Below are positions 26,816 through 35,800 of a stretch of 46,329 nt of DNA, one piece after another. Below the pieces are notes generated by a model. That model saw nothing but the letters and a program-made list of their open reading frames with translations, was not told the origin of the DNA and did not search any database. Numbering within the stretch: position 1 is the first letter of the stretch; each line of letters begins with the position of its first letter. The stretch spans positions 1-46,329 of IMG/VR virus record IMGVR_UViG_3300029947_000012. The stretch is one strand, 5' to 3'. The stretch is from a virus. Made by a program: the position numbers and the translations under genes.

Positions 26816-29800
26816 ATGGCAAACATGGAAGAATTCGAAGAGAACGGCAACGAAACCACGGCCAAGGCGTCCAACGGACTCTCCTATCAGGGCTTGTCGC
26901 GCCTCGCGTCCGGAGCCCCCGCACCCGAGACCCCCGCCGCGGGAGACACCCCCGCGACCCCCAAGCGCGACGCCTATCTGGACTTCCTCGACAACCTGCA
27001 GGCGAAACAGAAGTACGCCCGCGGCGTGGAACTCGACCGCGACCTCTACGAATTCTACAACTCCGGGGATGCCAAGGACGAAGAAAAGGCGTTCGCCTTC
27101 TACGACAAGTGGACGCAAGACCGCTTTGGCGTGGGCACGACGCGCGGCGACATCTGGACGCGCGACCGCAAGGGCTTCGACAACGCGCAGCAGTACGGGA
27201 ACGCCCTCTTCGGGCTCTCCCAGCGCGGCTACGCCGCCATCGCCTCGCCCGAATACAAGGCGTGGGAGAAGGCCTGCGCCGCGGGCGACCGCGCCGAAAT
27301 GATGCGACTGGCGGGGATAGACCCCACCGTGACGGAACGCGAGGGAGAAGCCCCCGCCTACACGGTAGGCGCGGCGGGCGCGATCGTCGACAACCGCCCC
27401 CTCGTCTCCCGGCAGAAGACGGACGAGGAGATAGACGAGGAACTGGACGCCCACAACGCGAAGATGAAAAGCGAGAACTGGCTGGGCGCATTCCGCGCCA
27501 TGGACGCGGCGTACCATTTCACGGACGAGGAGAAGGAACTCGTCCGGGCCTCGCTCCGCTCGGGCGACGGTCTCCCGAAGGAATACGAGGACACCTACGC
27601 CGGCATCATCCGCGGCGACGTCTCGCGCGCCGCCGTCCTCAACTATCTCATCGACAACGGCCGTCATGTGGAAAGCCGGTGGTTGCGCGACAACGTCGTC
27701 CTCCCCTTCACATCGGTGGTGAAATCCTTCTGGCAGGGCGCGAAAGACACCTTCGAGGAAGCCTCCCTCTCCCGCGCCTACACTCGGGCGAACTACGAGA
27801 CGGTGCGCTCCTCCTCAGATTCGGCGAAATTCTACTGGAACGACGAGGAAAGAGCCGAGTACAAGCGGCTCCTCGATTCCGGCGAACTCGCCCGCGAAGC
27901 CGAAGCGCGGCACTACGCAAACGCCGATCTCGCCGAAATCGCCAAGGAGCGCGTGGACGCCCAATGCGCCCGCCGTCTCGCCGACGAAGCCAAGCCGCGC
28001 GAACAGTACCTGCGCGAACGCCGCGAACGCCTGTATCTCGAAGACGCCCTTTCCCCCAAGGCGGCGGGCGACTATGGCTGGTTCTCCCGCTCCGTCTCGG
28101 GCGCGATTTCCACCCTCCCCTACATGGTCATGTCCGCCACCCCGGCGGGCTTCGCGTGGAATGTCGCCGCGCAATTCCAGGACGTCCGCAACGACCTCAT
28201 TCTCCGGGGTGAAGACCCCGACAAAGCCCTGTTCTTCCAGGCGTTCTCCGCGACGGCGTGGGCCGCCATAGAGAAAGTCCAGTGGGGCGGGCTTTTCGGC
28301 AAGGAACTCTCCAACCTCGCCAAGAAGCGCCTTCTCGGCAACGTCCTCCAGAAGGCGTGGGGCGCGGGCAAACTGCAGGGCATCGGCACGCTCCTCAAGG
28401 AAGGCGGCAAGGACGTCCTCAAGAAGACCGTGAAGGAATCGCTCGAGGAAGGCATGCAGGGCGGGCTCGAGGGATGGACGCGCGAATACCTCCGCTCCGC
28501 CGACCTCTCCAAGGCGATGGACGCCGCCGTCGGGCAGGCCGCCTCCGACTTCGTCGACTCCCTCGGCGCCATGGGGCTCGTCTCCCTCGCCTCCACGGGC
28601 GCGAAATTCTCCGGCGCCCGGCACGCCGCCGTCGGCATCGACGACCTCGTCGAGGTGGCGCAGGCGAAAATCCACGCGCTCAACACCTACAAGAACACCC
28701 TCTTCGACCCCGAGAAAGGCGCGCCGGACGCCCAACTGAACAAGCAGACCGCCGCCTTCGCCGCGGACTGCCAGTCCATCATGGACGCCCACGTCAAGGA
28801 CGGCTCGGGCGCAATCGCCGCCATGGACGAAATCGCGGCGAAATACGCGCTCGCCCCGAAGGAATCGCAGGCCATCGCCGAGTGGCTCGACCTCCGCCAG
28901 AACGCCATCGGCATGGCCAAGTGGGCGAATTCGGACGCGGCCGCAAACTTCGCCGCCCGCGAACTCGGTGCGCTCCCGATCGGCAACGACACGACATTTG
29001 ACGTGGAGGGCCTCTTCAGGCTCGTGAACCCGAACGCCCGCGTGGAGAGGATGCAGGTCGCCGATACGGCCGCCCCCGCCCCCGAGACGGTGCGACATGT
29101 GAACGCGGACGAGGTCGACGCCCTCGAAGCCCAACTCGCCGGCATGAAAGCCCGTCTCGACGAAATGCCCCAGAACGCCAAGAAGCGGAAAGCCGAACGC
29201 CAGTACGCCGAACGCGCCAAGCGTCTCGCCCGCCTGAAAAACCGCCTCGCCGAGGAGGAGCAGACCGCCCACGACGCCGTCCCCACGAAGGACGTCGTCC
29301 GCGTCACCATCCCCATGGGCGACAAGGGCGAAACGAAGAGCTTCGTGGTCGAAACCTCCTCTGCCGCCCCCGACATCGAATCGCGGGGCTTTGCCGCCTC
29401 CGTCTCCGAAGCCATGCGCGGCGCAATCGGCGAGGACGGCGTCGTGGACGGCGGCACGCTCACGGATGAGCAGTTCGCCGCCCTCCCCATCGCGCAAAAG
29501 GCGAATGTCGCCGTCACCGAAAATCAGTACCTCGCCATGTCCGAGGAGGACAAAGCCGCCTACCTCGAGATGAACAGCCTCAAGGAAGGCGGCGACTTCC
29601 GCATCCTGGACGGCGAAGGCAAGGTCGTATACAATGCGGATGCGCTCGTCACGCTCAAGCGTGCGCTCAACGCCCCCTCCCCCTTCACGCGCGTCGGCGG
29701 CAACTCCACCCTCGCGCACGAGTATTCCCACGCCATCTCCCGCTTTGCCCGCGACCTCGGGCTTGTCTCCGGGGAAGACGCCAAGACCATGTCCGCCCTC

Positions 29801-32800
29801 TTCGGCGCGCCCCGCAAGGGCGTGGACGAACTCTGGGACGAGGAAGCCGTGGGCGACGGGTTCGTGGACTTCCTCCGCGGCAAGTACGACTTCCGCCGCC
29901 TGACGGAAGAGGAACGCCGCGCGGCCATGGGCTTCTTCGAGCGCATCTGGGACGCCATCAAATCCGTCTTCCGCCTGAACGGCATGTCCGCCCCCGTGAC
30001 GCAACACGACCGCAACCGGCGCGAACAGGCGCGCGAGACGGCGTTTGAAGCCATCCAGCGCGGCGACTTCGCGGGACTCTCCCAGTATGCGGGCATCAAA
30101 TTCGACGATGACGCGTCCGCCCCCGAGAAGAAGGAGCCGGCAAAGACGGAAGAAAAGCCGCAGGAAGCGAAGGCGGAGGAGAAGAAGACGTCCGAGGAAA
30201 CGCCGCCCCCGCAGAAGGAAGCGAAGCCCGAGGAGATGTCCGAGGAGAAGCCCGCCCGAGAAACCGACGCGTCCGTGGACGCCGACCGCCTGCAGGAGGG
30301 GCTGGACAAAGTCTCCTCCTCCCCGCGCGAAGCCGAAGCGTCCACCCCGCGCCGCGTCGACCTCAAGCGCACCATCTTCACCCCCGACTACTCCATGAAG
30401 GTGGAGACGGAAACCCTGTGGGCCCCCCTCGCCGACCTCGTCGAATCCACCGACGACCGCACCGTGCAGATGCGCGACCGCTCCCGCGTCGCCACCGACA
30501 TGCAGGTGCTGGAGAAAACCCGCAAAGGCACGTTCCAGCCCCTCGCGCTCTTCCCCGGCACGAAGTCCGACGACGGCGCGCCCATCGTCGGCGGCGGTCT
30601 CCGCATCGTCTCCGGGCACGGCCGCAAGCGCATGCTTGAGACACTCGCCCGCGAAGGCCGCTACAGCGAATACCTGGACGCCATAAACGAAGAATGCCGC
30701 AAGCAGGGCATTCCCTCGTCTCCCGCCGGGATGAAGAACCCTGTCCTCGTTTCCCGCATCACGGGTGGGCTCAAGAACCACGCCGATCTCGCCCGCTTCG
30801 CCGAACGCTCAAACCGTTGGGGCGGACTCGAGCGCTCCGGCGCGGAATACGCCGAATCGGACGCCCGCGCCATCACCCCCGCCCTGATGCGCCTCTACGC
30901 GCCGGACGCGAACGGCAATCTCCTCGCCGCCTCCAACCGCGAATTCATGGGCGCGTTCCTCGACGCCGTGGGCGCGACGGGGCTTACGAACGCCGACGGC
31001 ACCCCCACCCCGGAAGCCGCCCTGCGCGTCCGACGCGCCCTCATGACCGCCCTCTTCGGCGACGACGAACGCGTCCGCTCCATGGTGCGCAACCTCCTCG
31101 AAAAGGGAGACGAACTCTCCACGGGCACGCTCCTCAACGCCCTCATGAAGTCCGCCGGACGCCTCCTCGCCCTCAAGGACGGACGCGCCTCCTACGACAT
31201 CGTCCCGGACGTGCGCGAAGCCGCCCTGCAGTATATCGCCTGGCGCGTGGAAGCCCGCCGCAACCCGCGGCTCACCCTCTCCGACCACCTCGCGCAGACC
31301 GACCTCTTCTCCGCGTCCGCGACCCCCGTACAGCAGGCTCTCGCCCGCCTCCTCGAGAACGGACGCTTCGGCGCGGCCATAGACCGCTACGCCGAACTCG
31401 CCGCCAAGCAGGCCGTGGACGCGCAGACCGCGCTCCCGGGCTTCGCGCCCGCAACCCCGCTCCAACTCCTCTCTCGCGCCGAGCGCGACACGACCCCGAA
31501 GAACCCGGACGGCTCCCCCGTCGCACCCTACGTCACCCCCGACCCCGAATCGGAGCAGGCAAAAACCCCCGTGCAGACGCCGCCCGCCGTGCAGGAAGCC
31601 CCCAAGCCCGCCCCCATCCTCGAGAAAAAGACGGAAAATGCGGCTGTGGAAGCCGCGAAGGCCATTCTCGCGCCCAAGGCGAAAGAGACGCCGTTCGTGC
31701 CCGTCCCCTTCGTGCGCGGCACGGCGACCTTGCCTCAGCCCGGTGCGCCCGCCATCGTCAACCCAAAGACCGGCAAGCCCCTCAAGACGGGCGCCTACAA
31801 CCTCCTCCGCGGCGCGTACGAGACGGCCGAACGCCCCACGCCCTCCGCCCAGGACAAGAGTGGACGCGGACTCGGAATCTTCAATCCGCCCAAGGCGACG
31901 GACGCCAAAGGCCGATATTGGGGCGACATCTTCCCGCATTTCCAAGGCAACAAGACCGAGATGGCCGACCGCGTCTCGCAGGCCCTCCGCGTCAACATGA
32001 CGCGACAGGAGCGCGACCACTACAAGACCGTCGTGGACTATTTCGGCGGCGGCGGGTGCTGGGGACTCTACAACGCGCTCACCAACTTCGATAACGCCGA
32101 CCGGCTCGTCGTGAATGAATACGACCCCGACCGTCTCGCCAAAATCCGCCTCCTCCACGAGGTCGACGGCAAGGTGGCGGACATTGCCGAGAGCCTCCTC
32201 TTCCGCGAAGGCAACATGGAACGCCTGGTCGAGGATATGCGTGGAAGCAGAAAGACCCCGCTGACGAATTCGCCCAACGTCCTCGCCTCGCACGCCGAGT
32301 CGCTATTCTGGGAGGAAGTCAAGGACGCGAACGACCGCGCGGCCTTCATGGCGTTCCTCGATTGCGCCCACACCATGCTCTCCTCCTCCGACCAAGGCAA
32401 GTCCGACCCGGCAAGCCGCACCCGCGCCTACTACGACATCGGCGTCCGCAAAGCGCTGGACGCCGTCCGGGCGGACGGCAAGCGGGCGAAGGAAGCCGCC
32501 GACGCCTTCAAGGCACGCGGGGGAACGATAGACTACCGCGCGGGCGACGCCGCCAATTGGCCCGACGCCCCGCACGGGGACGAGGTCGTCGCCGTCTTCG
32601 ACCCGCCCTACTACCGCACGATGGGCTACGACGGCTCGTCCGTCCCCCTCGACGCCGCCGGACGCGGCTGGGACTACAAGACAACCGCCGCCACCCTCCG
32701 CCGCCTGGTTGACGCGGGCGACGCGATAGTGTATACTGATGAGGCGTGGTGGTTGACGGGAGGATACTCGGCGGACGAAGGCGCGGCGGAACAGTTGTCG

Positions 32801-35800
32801 CTGTTCGACGACATCAAGCCCGTGTTCGCCGAGGAGAACGACCTCCTCCTGGGCATCATCAACAACTTCGACCACTTTGACGTCGCCGGCGCGGTCGACG
32901 GGCGCCAAGAGACACTGGGAGTGCAGCATGGACACAAAACTGACGAAAGAACAGAAAGCGGCGCGGGTGGCGATTCTGCTGAGCCTGCGCGAACCGCTGA
33001 CGGACGGGGAACTGGATCTCATACAGGGGCCGTCCAGCCTGTGGACGCAGGCGATGCGGGACAAAGTCGGCCCACTCGTGCGCCTGGCGGAAGCGGAGGA
33101 CGCGCGGGCGGAGAACCCACCGCCGGAGAACGCGCCCTCGCAAGAGCCGTAATCGCCGACGACATCGCCCGACACTCCGTCTCCCGCCTCTACACGGGTA
33201 GCGCGGCGGACTACGACCAGCCCTCCCTCCGCGCCGTCGGTACGGGAGTGGGAAGGCAGGCATTCGGCTGGGGATTGTACGCGAGCAAAAATCGCGCCGT
33301 CGCGGAGAACCACGCCACGCGTGAACAGAACAGAAAATCCATGCCGGGCGAAGCCGGTGCAAACGCGCATGTCTACGAGCAGACGTGGTTCACCGACCGT
33401 CCCGAAGGCGACGAAAGCCGCCTCCTCGAGTGGGACGAGGTTATATCCGCGGAAATCCTCGCGCGCATCGAGAAGCAGTCGGACGCCGAAGGCATAGGAC
33501 AGGAGGTGCGCGACGCGCTGCGCTTCGGGAACGGATATGAAGGTGACAACGTCTATGACGACCTGCGCGATCAAGTCTTTGCGGGCGACGCGAAAGCGAC
33601 CTCGGAGTTTCTCGCCCGCGCGGGCATCGACGGCATGAAATACCCCGCCGCCCCACGCGGCTGGAACTACATCTCGTTCCGCGACGACAACATGCGCATC
33701 GATCACCACTGGGTAGACGGCGAGCAACGCTACTCCGTCCAGCGCGTGACGCCAGAGGAAGACGCCGCCTACATGGACGCCGTGCGCCGCGGCGACACGG
33801 AGACGGCCCAGCGCATGGTGCGCGAGGCCGCGAAACGCGCCATGCCGAATACGCAGGTCGTCGGGGAGGACGGACTGCCCCGCATCGTCTACCACGCCAC
33901 GGACGAGGACTTTACGCGATTCGACCGCACGAAACTCGGCAAGGCGACCGAAGCCAACAGCGGCAACGTGGACATGGCTAAAATCGGCTTCTGGTTCAAC
34001 GACAACGACCTGTCCGGGAAGGTCGCGACGAACCCCGCGAAGACGAAAGCGGTGTTTCTCGACCTGGAAAATCCGGCACGCGCCACCTTTGACGAACTCT
34101 GGGACGGAGCCCGTGACGAGAACGCGGACGGCTACATCGTGGAGGATACGGAACTCGGCGGCATGTCCTATGTCGCGCTCGACCCCGCGCAAATCAAGTC
34201 CGCGGAGCCTGTGACCTACGACGACGCCGGGCGCATCATCCCGCTCTCCGAACGGTTCGACCCCGCCGACCCCGACATCCGCCACTCCGTCCGCCGCGAC
34301 CCGTGGCATTCCGTCCAATACGGATACGCGCAGGCGGCCGGATACAGCGAGGACGCGCATCTCTCCCCGGAAGATAAGCAGGCGACCGACTATGCTCTCG
34401 ACGCGCTGATCGAGAAACACCATTCCGGCTCGGAGCGCTTCGGCAATGACGTCATGCTCGCCAATATGTACCCGCCAGACTGGGCGGAACGCCCTGTGGT
34501 CAAGTTCGCCCTGCAGTTCGTTGGCAACGACGGGGCTCTGCGGGATATTCGGAAAGCCTTCTTCCTTCGCAACGGGTGGCGGACGAACGACAAAGAAGGA
34601 TGGCTGCGATACAATGCCCCCGCAAAAGCCGCAGTACTTGAAAAGGACTACTCGCCCAAGGAACTGCAGGAGAAGAAGAATCGCTTCCAGACGCTTCTCG
34701 ATGCTGAGAGGGAAGTGGCGAAGAAGCGCAGTGCACTTCAAAAGAAACTGGGGTACCCCGCGTACAAGGACAGCGAGGAGTGGTCGCGCCTGTCTGCCGA
34801 AGAGCAACGCCTGAAGGCGGAACGATTGTCCCCAGACAAGAGGCACGCGGATGCGGAAGCAGACTATCAAAAGACGAAAGCCGAATGGGAACGGTCCAAG
34901 GACGCTAAATATGAGGAGTGGCGGAACGAGCGCGTCGCCCGAGGGAACGCAATGCTCGACGAAGTGGCAAGGGAGCACGGCAAGAAGACGCTGGGCGAAT
35001 TCATCGCCGAAGGCAGAACGCAGCCCGAACGCCACAGCGTCCGCCGCGGACGCCGCGAGGACGCCGTGCCCGCGCTCGACATAGCGACCGGCTACCTCGC
35101 CCGCCGCCTCCTCGGCGGCAAGACGATAACCCCGCAGCAGGCGAAGGACATCCTCGGCAATCTCGGATTTGTCCAGGAAAACCCCGCCGAAGTCCTCCGC
35201 CGGGCGCAATCCGCCGCCGACACCGTGCGCGAACGCGTCAAGGACGCCGGGGAACGCGCGGATTCCGAACTCTACCGCTACCTCTCGCAAGCCTCCATGA
35301 CGGGTCGCATGCAGGAAGCCATGGATCGCGCCATCACGGGCGCGGCGCAGGCCGCAGACCCCGAGATCGGCCGCCGCCTCGAGCGCGCAATCTCCTCCAA
35401 ACGCACGCGCGACCTCGAAGCGGCCAACGGCTTCACCGCCGCCGAAATGATGGCCGAACTCCCCATCTCGCTGACGGACGCGTTCCTCTCGGTCGCCGAA
35501 TTCGAGCGCACACCCGAGGAGAAAGCGCGACTGGAAGCCGAACGCGCCAACCGCGCGGAGGAGGAGAAGACGGACGGCAAGACGGACGAGGAACTCCTCG
35601 CCGAGGTTGACGACGGCGAAGTCACCGACCCGACGCCCGAGCAGGTCGCCGCATTCGACGAACTGATGGGACGCGCCCGCTACGCCGAAGACGCCCGCAA
35701 GCGCAAGGAGGCGATAGACATCGCCGCCCGCGCGAAGGCGAAGGCGGAGGCAGGCGAGGAAGCCCAGTCCGAGGACGCCGGGAGCGGAGAGGATGAGGAC

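Noticed and set aside
32877-32930. Programmed ribosomal frameshift feeding the +1 ORF from the giant ORF
   Set aside because: I found no slippery heptamer or obvious stimulatory structure just upstream. The ORF has its own ATG and SD. This is kept only as a minor alternative in the finding.
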